From assembly GCA_010093815.1 (NCBI GenBank), contig ML996567.1: a stretch of DNA of 64,000 nucleotides; one strand, written 5' to 3'. This DNA is from Pseudovirgaria hyperparasitica (Eukaryota). The notes under the pieces are model-generated. The model was not told where the DNA came from, searched no databases, and saw only the letters and a list, made by a program, of their open reading frames with translations. Made by a program: the position numbers and the translations under genes. This document shows, piece by piece, positions 1 through 12,085 of this stretch (the stretch's first letter is position 1; each line of letters starts with the position of its first letter).

Positions 1-520
1 ATGGATAGAGATAATATATTAATTAATATATTAACTCTTAGCGTACTAAAATGGACTAAATCGGATAGTTATAGAATACTATTAGTATTTAGTATACTAT
101 TTAATATATATTATCGATTCTTAATAATAACGCACGTAAATTATATATATATAGACATTCCTATAGCCATAGATAGTTGTCTCTTTAAGCCTTTTAATTA
201 AATATACTTTATATACTATATATTATATCCCTTAGTCTTATTCATTTAAGATACCTTCTATACTACCTATCCTTCTAAGGGTATTATATATATCTATTTT
301 ATATATACCCTTTTTAAACTCTTATATTCTATCTATAGTAGAGAATTTTCTTATTAGCTACTATTTTCTTTCTATAATAGATAAAGACTATCTATTAGCT
401 ATCTACTTATAAGTAAGTAATAATATTTTAGATCTATTACTAAGAACTTATAATACTCTAGTTTAGTTATATTCTAAGACTATATATATATTATATAATA
501 TTCTCTATCTATAAGACTCT

Positions 521-565
521 ACTCTATAATACTATACTCTATAATACTATACTCTATAATACTAA
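521..565. repeat. 15-bp tandem repeat (ACTCTATAATACTAT) x3
   Basis: Copies at 521, 536 and 551; the last base differs in copy 3. Confidence 0.85.
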
Positions 566-600
566 TACCTTTTAAACCCTAGAAAAGTAGCCTTAATTTA

Positions 601-708
601 AGGCTACCTACAGCCTACTAGTCGCAGGCTATCTACAGCCTACTAGTCGTAGGCTATCTACAGCCTACTAGTCGCAGGCTATCTACAGCCTACTAGTCGC
701 AGGCTACC
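601..708. repeat. 25-bp tandem repeat (AGGCTATCTACAGCCTACTAGTCGC) x4.3
   Basis: Copies start at 601, 626, 651, 676 and 701; they differ only by C/T changes. Confidence 0.95.
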
Positions 709-849
709 CTAGTATATTATTATTATTATACTTTTCCTATAGTAGAACCTTTAATAACTCTACTAGTTAGAATATCTTTTAAGTAGTATAGAATATAAGT
801 CTTATATAGAATAACTAATACATTAGGGCTGATTTATTCTTTGTCCACC

Positions 850-2685
850 TTATCCTAGTAGCATACGCCTTGGGTCCTCAATATATTCTTTGACCTATAC
901 ACGAGTTAGTCTAATATGCTCTCAACCGATGGAATTACCATGCCTTGACTAAGAAAGTTACTGCTTCACGACCATCAAGGAGGCGATGATCGTAAGTGAG
1001 CGCGAGGTACATCATTGGCCGAATCTCCACCTTTCCGTCGATTGCGACCGGCTTCTCCTTGATAGCATGCAAACCAAGAACAGCTATGACAAGTCAGTTG
1101 TCAAACCTGACATGTGACACACAGCATGGCTTACCGGTCTGTGGAAGATTGATGATAGGAGTACCCATGAGCGAACCGAAGACACCACCCTGATGTGATC
1201 AGCCCAGACTTACAAATCCAGACATGTAGGACTTACGTTGCTAATAGTGAATGTACCTCCGGCCATGTCTTCGATGGTTAACTTGTTGTCACGAGCCTAT
1301 CAAAGTTAGGATGTGTAATTCATCGTTCGGGTTTCACATACCTTCTTTCCGAGGTCTGCAATGGATTGCTCAATGCCAACTAGATCTAAAGACTCGGCGT
1401 TGCGCACGACCGGGGTGACGAGACCCTTTTCAGTAGCCACTGCGACACTAATATCGACATAGTCGCGATACACAATAGTGTCACCGCCATTTGGTCCCTC
1501 AATGGAGGCGTTCACAGCCGGTAGATCCTTCATTGCCAAAATACAAGCACGCGAAAAGGCACTCATGAAGCCAAGTTTGACGCCTGTCTTCTTGAGAATC
1601 TCATCCTTATATAGCTTCCTTAGGTCCATGAGAGAAGACATATCAACCTCGTTAAACGTGGTGAGTGAGGCGGCGGTGTTCTGAGACTGCTTCAATCTTT
1701 CCGAGATACGTAGACGCATCCTGTTCATCTTCACACGCCGTTCCTCTCGACTCCCAAATGCCGAATCGGATTTTCTTGTCTCATATTCCTTAGACGACGA
1801 TGCTTGCTGTTTTTTGGGTGGCTCTTGATTATTTAGCTGACTGGATTGAGATACCTTTTCTTGTTTCGATGGCTCTGGCATCTTTTCTCCGGAAGATTTT
1901 GGTGAGATATCCTCGGTTTTTTGCTGCTCCTGTTCGCCTTTTGGCTGTGAAGCTGTCTCTTGGTCTCTTGATGCGCTCTCCTTTGGACTCTGCCCGGCCT
2001 CTTCTCTACCGCCACTCGGAGGGTCCCCTCCAGGTTCCATCTTCACGATATCTTGACCAACAGTAACGGTGTCTTCTTCGTTGACCAGGAACTCCTTGAT
2101 TGTTCCGGATTCCGGGGCATTTACAGAAACATCGATCTATCCCCAGCGTCAACCCAAATAGTTCATCAGCCAATAGCATCTGACGAACCTTATCTGTTTC
2201 AATGGTCGCAATTTCCTCATCCTGCTCAACATAGTCTCCAACCTCTGCATCGTCTGTCAGATGATGGAGAACAGTTGTTTGTAAACGTGCACGTACGTTT
2301 CGAAAACTGCTTCAATGTGCCTTCCGTGATTGACTCTGCCATCTGAGGTACCTTCACAATCTTCTCTGCTGCGAAGGATAATGAGCTATGATGCATGGAT
2401 ACATAGTGCGACAGCATACCATATGTTCGAAACTGGTAGGAACTAACGCTTTGGGAGAAGTGTTGTAGCCTTCTACTTAACATTAGCATGACCACATTCA
2501 CCAGCCGATGATGGTAGCGTCTACTTTGGCGTCATGGATATCAAACCCGACGAGATTGAACGGCCGATTGCGGAAAAATGTCTTGAGCAGGCGGGTGGTA
2601 AGCAAGCACGAGCTGTTAATGGACGCGACGACGGTCGAAGACCTCGCATGCCTGGCAGGCGGCGAAAGCACTGTTGACTTGACAT
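850..2685 (-). CDS. KGD2: Dihydrolipoamide succinyltransferase (E2 of 2-oxoglutarate dehydrogenase), 7 introns, last one GC-AG
   Basis: Lipoyl domain [13 protein letters not shown]...ETDKIDV; catalytic domain [20 protein letters not shown] and [12 protein letters not shown]; Arg-rich presequence [10 protein letters not shown]; ends [14 protein letters not shown]. Confidence 0.96.
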
Positions 2686-2735
2686 CACAGGCTATGAGAA
2701 GCTGCTCTTCAGCTGTAGCGATATGGTAGAGAGAG

Positions 2736-2762
2736 GAAGAAGAAGAAGAAGAAGAAGAAGAA
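2736..2762. repeat. (GAA)9 microsatellite just upstream of the KGD2 start
   Basis: Nine perfect GAA units. Confidence 0.95.
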
Positions 2763-3050
2763 GAGGGACACAAAGTACAGCTAACGCGGCGCTTCAATGG
2801 CGATGTAGCTGTTTGAGACGCTGCCGAAAACCACGCGGAGCCTAGCGTGGCGGCGCGGCAGCGGACCTGAAATATTAGCGCGATCCGAGCAGCTTCACCG
2901 GGAACTCCACGGCTACCTTACTCTCTATGTCTACCATCAAACACCCAGCTACACTTCTGGACGAATCGCAGTCAATACCCGATAGTCATAAATCTTCTTC
3001 TTCGAGACCTATAACTGTACACCAACGACAGTGAAGGCTTAGTTCCAAGG

Positions 3051-3578
3051 ATGTCGACAAAGCAGACGGTGCTGTCAGTACCTCGATCTCTCTCACCCAA
3101 GCCCTCATACTTGCACTGTAACATCGATTTGACACGTCTACCAGGTCACTCTACCGTCGCTCGTTGAAGCTGTCACTTGACTGGGCTGTTCACAGATATC
3201 TATGGCGGGGTCAGGCCTTGTACATTCGTTCGCTATTCGAAAACAACAAACACATTACTGAGCCGAGACAACAGAAGGCAGGTGGCCCATAGCAAGGAAG
3301 AGTAAAAAGCACAGGCTGACCAATGATTCACAGGCTTTGATTCAGGAGACGGAAGGTTTGCTTGAAAAATGGAAGCATCCTGACCCATACAGGCCCCCAA
3401 CAGCACCAGGAGGTATGAGACCCTTGATGCAAAACCTCGAACCAAAGCCAATCGCTCATCATGTTAGGTTCTAAATACGAGAGGAATATACCAGCACCAA
3501 TACTCGATCGTAAGTCAGTATCACTGATGTTATCAACGCAGGCTAACCCCTACAGCGCCCCCGAAAATGTCACTTTGA
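3051..3578 (+). CDS. NDUFB9: Complex I LYR-family accessory subunit (NDUFB9/B22), 4 introns; absent from the ORF track
   Basis: Spliced translation MSTKQTVLSLYRRSLKLSLDWAVHRYLWRGQALYIRSLFENNKHITEPRQQK/ALIQETEGLLEKWKHPDPYRPPTAPGGSKYERNIPAPILDPPPKMSL*. Confidence 0.92.
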
Positions 3579-4096
3579 TGTTGTTAGTGGAGCCAAACTA
3601 GAAGGCTTAGGAAAATAGCTCGCTCGCAGACGATTCATATAAATTGCGCAGGCTGTCCAAACATAGATATAGCTGATCGATGTATTGATGCAATTATCAA
3701 ATTGGACTTACCGACTGACAGGTTCTCCATATCTACCAATTTGTATACTGAGGGTAATGCTCCTAGATTTGTCGACGGTTTCCTGGAGATTCTTGCATCG
3801 CATTCAATGATAATAATCTTGACAACCTGTCTTGCTATGTAAAAACCTTATGCTTACTTGGAATACATGGCGCATTAGTGGCGATTAGTTGAAAAACGCA
3901 AATCAGGCACGGTTAAGTCCACAAAGGACGAATGTGTTAATCTCATCAGATTTCATCCATGATTATGGAAGTAATATACAGCCCTACTGCTATTATGCAG
4001 TACGATATGAAGACCGTAAACCCAAGACCCAACCGAACCCCGTTATCATTGCATGAAACACCAAGCCGCGCCCATAAAACATCAAACAAAACAAGT

Positions 4097-4656
4097 CTAC
4101 AATTCTTGCGAAGGGCCCTTGCCTGCCTTGGCAGTCTTCTTGGGAAGAAGGTCTGGAAAAACATAAGCATCGACACTGATTTGACGAATTGAATAACGTA
4201 CTTTGATGAATGTTTGGCAGAACACCACCCTGTGCAATAGTGACATGCCCAAGTAGCTTGTTCAACTCCTCGTCATTGCGGATAGCTAACTGAAGATGAC
4301 GAGGAATGATACGCGTCTTCTTGTTATCACGAGCGGCGTTACCAGCGAGCTCGAGAATTTCAGCAGCAAGGTATTCGAGAACAGCCGCGAGATAAACAGG
4401 AGCACCAGCACCAACACGCTGAGCGTAGTTGCCTTTCCTCAACAAACGATGAACACGACCGACGGGGAAAGCCAGACCGGCTTTAGACGAGCGACTAGAG
4501 TTAGAGATTAGATCAAGCTGTAAATTATGATTGTAGACCGAATCTCGTATGAGCCCCATTTGAAAGCAATGAGGCTGAGGCGAACGAAGGAAGTACATAC
4601 GATTGAGCGGAGCTCTTGGAGCCTGAGGCCTTACCACCGGATTTGCCGCCAGTCAT
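4097..4656 (-). CDS. HTA1: Histone H2A, 2 introns
   Basis: [12 protein letters not shown]..., [25 protein letters not shown]-terminal SQEL motif. Confidence 0.98.
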
Positions 4657-5281
4657 TTTGAGAGAGTTGAAAGTTTCGGGTTCGAAAACGGGTTTTGGGT
4701 GGGTTGAGGACGTTAGAGATGTGGTGAGCTGACGAGATGCGGTCGTTGACGGATAATCGAAGATGGAGAGAAGGAGAAAGGTTGACTACGGTGAGGGGCG
4801 GTAGCAGATTATAAGGACATCGCGCTCGGTTGTTATGGTTAGGCGCATCACTCACTTGCCAGGGCGCGCTTCGTCCCCATCAAAGCTTGGTAGAAGGCAT
4901 ACCGAAGTAGTTGCGGTGCACAGACCCTGCCTGAAGTGGGTAAGTGCCATCGAGGACACTACTTTTGCGCAGGCTAGCTATTAGCTCGTAAGTTAGCAGG
5001 CACGTCGGGGGATAAGAGGCCAGTCGCGACCGACGCGCAGGTTTGTTGACTTATCGCCGCCGTAGTACATATTAGGTTAGCTCCACGACACCTCTGTCTG
5101 TTTCGATTCCCCCCAATGCACCTTCTGCCCAAGCTCCATAAGTAGGCGCGTCGCCCACCTTTGACGACCTGTTCCCTTCATCTCTCTTTCATCAAGCCCA
5201 TCTCACGTTACAACGCAGCTCATCCATTAACCATCTCGAACGTACCGGACTTGTCCATCCTCACAATTCCAAAAATTTGAA
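4657..5281. promoter_or_regulatory. Bidirectional H2A-H2B promoter
   Basis: Divergent histone pair; TATAA-like elements near 4810 (minus) and 5137 (plus, CATAAG); several CGCG motifs. Confidence 0.7.
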
Positions 5282-5842
<561 letters not shown>

Positions 5843-6330
5843 AAGATTGTTTGATGTTGGGTTTACTTCTTTTGGGTTTACAGTCCTGATGTGTTTCAGG
5901 AAGAGCATTCGGGGTTGGGATGAGGAGTCAATGGTTTCAATAATGCTTTATGGGTTGGTTTGCTTGTTTCGCAGAGATCCTGGCATATCTCATTGATATC
6001 TGGATCGCCGCATAGGCTGTATATTATACGGGACAGGACTCGTAAGGAATGAAAGCTCTTTTACTACTCCATTGCGTGTCATCTTCTGCGTATCTGCTCG
6101 GTGAGAGTTGTGTGTTGGGTGTGATTTACAGATTATTCTCATGCTGTTCTTTTTTTCGTGGAGCTGAGGTGAGTATATGCGTATATTTTACTGACACTTG
6201 TGTTGTCAGTCGAGCACAAACTATTGGTAAGCGACATGCGCACTGTGGCGCGATATCACAAATTAAACAATTATCCGCTGTGCTGCATTGGTGCGTGTTT
6301 TGATAATCGGATTATTCTTGTCGATTTCTA

Positions 6331-7720
6331 TCAAAGTCCCTCTTCATCGGTATCGTCAAAAGTTTGAACATCGTCAATCGCACGTTCACGTTCATCACCA
6401 GTCCATAGCGTCGGAGGCTCAGTGTCAGCTACGTGTACGATCGGTTTCCCTTGGACGCAGGCGATGTCATGGCGCCATAGTTTCCAGTCGTCTTCGTCTT
6501 TGATAAGGAAGGCGATGAGCATGGAAGGATCCATTTCTGGGACATTTAGTCGCCGGATCCGCCGAGTGTGACAGGAATCCACATCTTCCCGTGTATATTG
6601 CGAAGGATCGACATGGAAAGGTAGGAGCGGCCGCGTGTGATGAGGATCAAGGTAGAACAATGTCTGGCTTTGCATGCCGACGAAGTAGTGGGATGCGGCA
6701 GGGCGACCTCTGTGATGTGTCAGGAAAGGGGAAATTCGGCCAAGCACGATGGATTGTTTCGCATACCCTGCAATACCGATGGACTGTGGCATCTGTAGAG
6801 CGTTCTTGAGTGCCTCCCAATATACTGGTGTTACTCGGTCTATTCCTAGTCGTATGCTGACCAGAACGAGCGTAGGATGAAATGCACCTGCAGACTTAGC
6901 AACGTTGAAGAAGCTATCTTCGTATACATCGGCACTATCGCAGGTGATATACACGCGCAACTGGCACTCTGTGTAGCTGTTGGCCAGATGTCTGAACTAT
7001 GATCAGTCGTAAATTCCACCTCCAGACAAAAGCTTACTGTATAGATCGTGCTGCAGCTGATGGACCAAACCATTCTCCGGGGTGCTTGCCGCAAGCAGCT
7101 GCACCGTACTCTACAAATCGATGCACGGAGAATGGTGCACTCGGATCATCTGCGAACAACGAGAGGAGCTTCCGTTCTTCATTTGGCGTGGCACCTCTTC
7201 TCCATTTTCTTCCAAGGTTCAGTATCAGGAGTGCATTAGCCAATATGCTTTGACCTGACCGGATCATACATCCCCAGCCTGTATCCGACGTAAACCCATC
7301 TTGATTCAGGTTCTTTATTCGTACAGCCAGGCTCATGCTAGCCAATGCTTTCGGGTCTTGAGACTTCGGGATAGGTTGGAAGTTCGAGCGATACGTTAGC
7401 CATATTTTAGCTTCGAAGTCGTCCAGAAAGGCTGTCGGCCAACCCCCATCATCATCATTTTGGGTGTTATCCTTAAGAGGGTTTGCTCTTTCATCTTCGT
7501 ATGATTCGTTATCGACGGCGACAAATGACGAGGTCTGAGAGGTGTAGGATACCGTAGAGCCTGGTGTCGAGGCCTGCACAGGCTCAGGAAGTTCGGATTT
7601 GAACTCATCGGTTCTGTAAATCTGCCCCAGGCACCAGATGGGTGACTGGTCATCATACTTTGGCGCAGGATTCCAGAGCCGCTGGACGATGCGTTTGCTG
7701 TATCGACCCAAATCCTCCAT
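6331..7720 (-). CDS. ATG4: Cysteine protease Atg4 (peptidase C54), 2 introns
   Basis: SDTGWGCMIRSGQ (catalytic Cys), GEWFGPS, GIAGGRP, FYLDPH, DPSMLIAF. Confidence 0.96.
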
Positions 7721-8351
7721 GTGTGAATAACGACAAGGTTTAGCTTAGTGGCTGAGCAGGAAGGAATCGCCGAGGCCCAAGTGAGTGTACAGGTGAACTT
7801 AGTGGTATGTTTGAAGCAGAAGGCGCATGTTCAGTACGAGCTATCGAACAGGTAAGGCAGAACTGTAGTCTGTAGGATAGCTTTGGAGCTGCTCTCGATG
7901 TTGTTTGCCAGTGTATAAAGATGTTTGGTGTGGAAGGAGTAGGATGGAGATCACGCTCGCCGTCGTCACAAGGTAAATGGTATAGGTATCATTAGAGCTA
8001 TTACAGCGGGAGTGTTAATTACAGGCGGTATTAAGCAGCCTGCTCTGGAGGACGTCGTTGGTCACACCCTGGCTAGAGCCTAGCAGAGAGCTGTGTGCCT
8101 GAGGCAGACTTTGGTGGGGTGGTTTGGGTAGCTTTACTCGCCGCTGTCAATTAATTAATGGCAAATCCTAACTTAAACGTCAACAGCCATCTGAGCTACA
8201 AGGGTTAAAAAGCTTGAACGCCACTTGCACTTCAATGACCACAACCAACTGACCTCGCTGTTTTCTCAAACACCGTGTCTCCTCGCTTCACAACAGCCAC
8301 TTGGTCTTCTACTTTGGCTCGGTTTTGTTGCAGTTCATCTATTTCGCGGGC

Positions 8352-10979
8352 ATGGTTCGTGGCGGACAAAGAGGCCGTGGCGGACAAAGAGGCCGTGGCG
8401 GACAAAGAGGCCGTGGCGGCGGAAGGTCGTTCAGTCGTGGTAGAGCTACACCACGTAAGTACCGATGGAAAATATTTGTAACTGTGAATTCATCGTGACC
8501 CAGGAAACCCTCACTCGTTCTCGTTGCACGATGAGGTATCGAACACTGAAAGGCAACAACACTACTGGTCTCAGGACACAAAATTACGACATCGGACTGT
8601 TCCCTTTGTAATGGCCGGTGTGTTGGACGAAGCTGCAAACACGCAAGACGAAAAGGCTGCCAACACGAAGGAGAATGAAGGTCCCAATATTTCTTTGTGT
8701 ACTGATCCAGCCAATGTGTCTGGCCCAAGCGGATCAATGTCTCAGCTGAGTATCTCACCTCCCGAGAAACCAGTAAGACTACGGCACCCTTTGCATTCTC
8801 GAACATCGCCATTAGTCATCCGCCACTCTGCGTCTTCGCTCGCGCCTGTGGTTTCTGCTTCAGCTGCTGATGCATCGACTGCTTCCCATGGCTCGTCGCG
8901 CCAGGAAGTCATCGAGGAGAGGTGCATTGCCAATAATATAGCTTTACAAAGTCGAGATGACACCATGGACACTATCCTTTCGCGTAGTCCGACGCCAGCA
9001 GCATCGGACTCGAGTGAAGACATCGTCGTGTTCAAGGGACGGGGTCACACATCAGTCTCAGCACCTCTTCCACCACGACAAAAAACCGTGCCCACGTCTG
9101 GAGACATGGTACAGTATTCGAAATATGATGAGAACAAGTGCGTGTCTATTGACAGAGCCTTCAATGTCCGAGAGGGAGATACCCAATCATGGGATGTCGG
9201 GTCAACACCCTGGGAACATAGGAGCACACCTGGTGTTGGCTGGGCGAATGACTACATCTTTGCAGAGAAACAGCGAAAGACAAAGCGGTCTGCTAGGAGG
9301 GAAGATATTCGAAGACTCGAGCAGACCCGTGTCCTAGCGGAATATAAGGCTCAGCAGGACGCAGTTCGAGATTACATTGAGAATATACAAGCCCATGATG
9401 ATGATTCGGATGACACTCCGATGGTGACGAAGTCCGTTCAACCCAGTGACACAAAGACTGTCAACTTTTCTGCAGGTAATCATGAATCTACAGCCCTGGA
9501 TGGTTGGAATGAGACGACAATACGCGATCTGGATGATATAAGTACGTCTTCAGATGTTAGTGGGGATGTGGTACGGATTTTGAACAAGCGTATTCGGCCT
9601 AGTGGTGTGCAGTATCTCGTGGTCTATGAAGAATCTGGGGTCGATGATGCCTGTTGGTTACACTCTTCGCATCTGAACCGGCCCGCTGAAATTGTTCTGG
9701 TCAGAACGTATGAGCAGGAGCATGATGAAACGCTCGCACGGCAGCTCGTCTCGGAAAGTACTGATAGCGATACTCAGGGAAGACAGTCTGAATATGAGGC
9801 TGCAGGCTCTGACGATGACGTCGATGGCTCGGTCGACTTGGACTTGGATGACCTAGAGTATGAGGATACATCTACAGGGCGCCACATTGAGAGCCTGTCG
9901 GATGAAGGTCTTGCCAGGATCCTATCGGTGCAGCAATCGCTCGGACTTGATACCGACGAAATCGTGCTTTTCGACGATGTCTTCGGTAGCAGGGCCATTT
10001 CTGACCATACATCCAAAAGCAACGTAATCCTTGCCAACAAAGCTTCTAGTGGTAGAAGCAATAAAAGACGGCAGAGAGTTGGCTTCTTTCCAGATGCATC
10101 TCTGATGGCAGACATGCTTGATGAGGATCCATACAACGCATTTGACGTCATGGACTTCGAGAGACCTAGTCTGAAGCCGAAGAAAAAGGGTCGCCGTAGC
10201 GACCCTGCCTTAGATTTATCAGACGAGGAACTGGCAGCTCAAATCCAGGCATCTTGGGAGGATGATAGGAAGAAGAAGAGTCTGAAGAGGATCGAACGAC
10301 AGCAGATGCATAAAGAAGGTCTCATTGGAAAAAAGAAGAACAAGTTCAAGATAGAGCAGAGTCGATCGGAAGAGCCCCCTTCGTGGAGTGAACTGAAGAC
10401 CGCCATCGAAAAATTCCTCTGTTCCTCTGAGTCGTTGTACGTGTGCCACCATTCTTTTGTTGTTCATTAGTTAATATTGTCAGCTATACCTTTCCAGCGA
10501 CGCTGTCGAAGACGGAGCGTATCTTCGTCCATAGCGCTAGCCAGATGTTCGAATTGGAATCTACGTCGAGAGGCAGTGAACGGGCTGGGAATCGCCAGTT
10601 GACCGTCACCAAAAACTCTTGGACCATTGATGCCAATCACGATGAGTACTCACGGAAGCTTAGTCAAGTGCAACGGAAATTTTTTCATTCGGACATGAGA
10701 CCACGTCTAGAGGGTTTGGGTCGTAGTGTGAAGCGTGGTATGCGAGCTTTTAAAGACCCAGTTGGGAAGCACAAGGACCAGCTCGTACATGGGGCTACGT
10801 ACTCGACCGGGGAGATCGTGGGCTCGAAAGCACCCGAGATTGGACAAGACAATAGAGGTCGAGCTATGTTGGAGAAGATGGGGTGGACAAAGGGGGATGC
10901 CTTGGGTGCTTATGACAACAAGGGATCGACTGATCCTATCGCACATCGTTTCAAGGCTGGTCGAGCTGGTTTGAGATAG
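8352..10979 (+). CDS. SQS1: R3H/G-patch protein Sqs1/Pfa1-like (Prp43 cofactor), 2 introns
   Basis: N-terminal RGG repeats; R3H-like ERIFVHSASQMFELESTSRG; C-terminal G-patch NRGRAMLEKMGWTKGDALG...RAGLR. Confidence 0.85.
8358..8419 (+). repeat. 18-bp coding tandem repeat (RGGQRG) x3.4
   Basis: CGTGGCGGACAAAGAGGC repeated identically at 8358, 8376 and 8394. Confidence 0.95.
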
Positions 10980-11049
10980 ACTCTTTGGCATGTTGAAACT
11001 AATTAGACATACAACCAGCTTTCTTGGTCATAATCTTGTCGATTATAGG

Positions 11050-11960
11050 TCCCTGTAATATACCAAATCAAAGTCTTGGTTTACACAATAATTAATCCAA
11101 TTTTTTACTTATAGACCGACTCTTCTAAGTATAAAGGGTATAGAGAGAACCATAGAGGTATGATATTATAACTTAATTGAAGTCCTTGATTGGATATTCT
11201 CATAATTCATATAATAGAAGATAATGTTCTACATGTGCCTTGATATTTTATAGTCTATTATGGACTTAGATTAAATAAGATGGAAATACGACTTGATCGC
11301 AGAGAAGGGGCACGTGTTTGGTAATTCTTATATTACGGACTGATACTGCTGGTACTAGCAGTTTGTGACTCTGGAAATCCTGCATCCACTCCGTTCGGGT
11401 CACAGTCACAAGCTTATCAACTTCAGAGGCGTTCTAATCTTTCCGTGTCACCTGCCTGGCACTTTCTATCATGATGCTGCTTGTCATCCAATGGGAGTTG
11501 GCAGCTCTTCCTCCGAATCTTCCAGGCTTCGATGTAACTGGCTCAATATTCGGTGTTTCGGGACTTGCTATCGTTGGTGACTGTTCCAACGTCGTACCTG
11601 TTGAGGAGTCAGATGTGGCTTCGATGTTTCCAAGGATGCGAAATCGGTTACACCTCTAAGACAAGTTCACAGTGCTCCTTCATATCCGTCCTCAGTTGCT
11701 CGAGATTTTATTCCATTGATAGTAGAGTTATCTTTTCTAGAATTAAACTTAAGTAAAGAACTTTATCATCTTAAGTATTATTATTCCTTTACTATTATCT
11801 TTCTCTTCCTCTTATCTTAGTTTGCTTTCCCATTATGTTTAGCTTTAGATAAGGATATCTTTTACTAGAAGTTTTAAATATAATTGAGATCAAATTAGGG
11901 CTAGCCTAGACTTAAATTCCAATAAGTATATAGATATAGAGAGCGTTCCTAGGTTGCCTC
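11050..11960. other. RIP-like AT-rich relic with a more GC-balanced core (about 11340-11700)
   Basis: TpA-rich flanks between convergent SQS1 and AAA genes; no recognisable protein. Confidence 0.45.
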
Positions 11961-12085
11961 AAAGTCATTGATCAATAGGAAGATTCGTAGCCAGAGGACA
12001 GCGAATGAAAGCGCCTGAAGTATATCTTCGTAGACCTATCTATACTTGTCTCTAACAAATATCATTATAGTGTACTCATCATACT

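Larger units (their letters stand above)
1..830. mobile_element. AT-rich RIP-degenerated repeat/transposon relic (element type unidentifiable; truncated at window start)
   Basis: Very AT-rich, TpA-rich and CpA/TpG-poor, with no credible ORF; abrupt change to normal composition near 830. Confidence 0.7.

Noticed and set aside
1..201. 66-aa ORF at the window start
   Set aside because: I/L/Y/N-rich translation of AT-rich RIP-like DNA.
601..708. CRISPR-like array
   Set aside because: Units are directly adjacent with no unique spacers; eukaryotic context and no cas genes.
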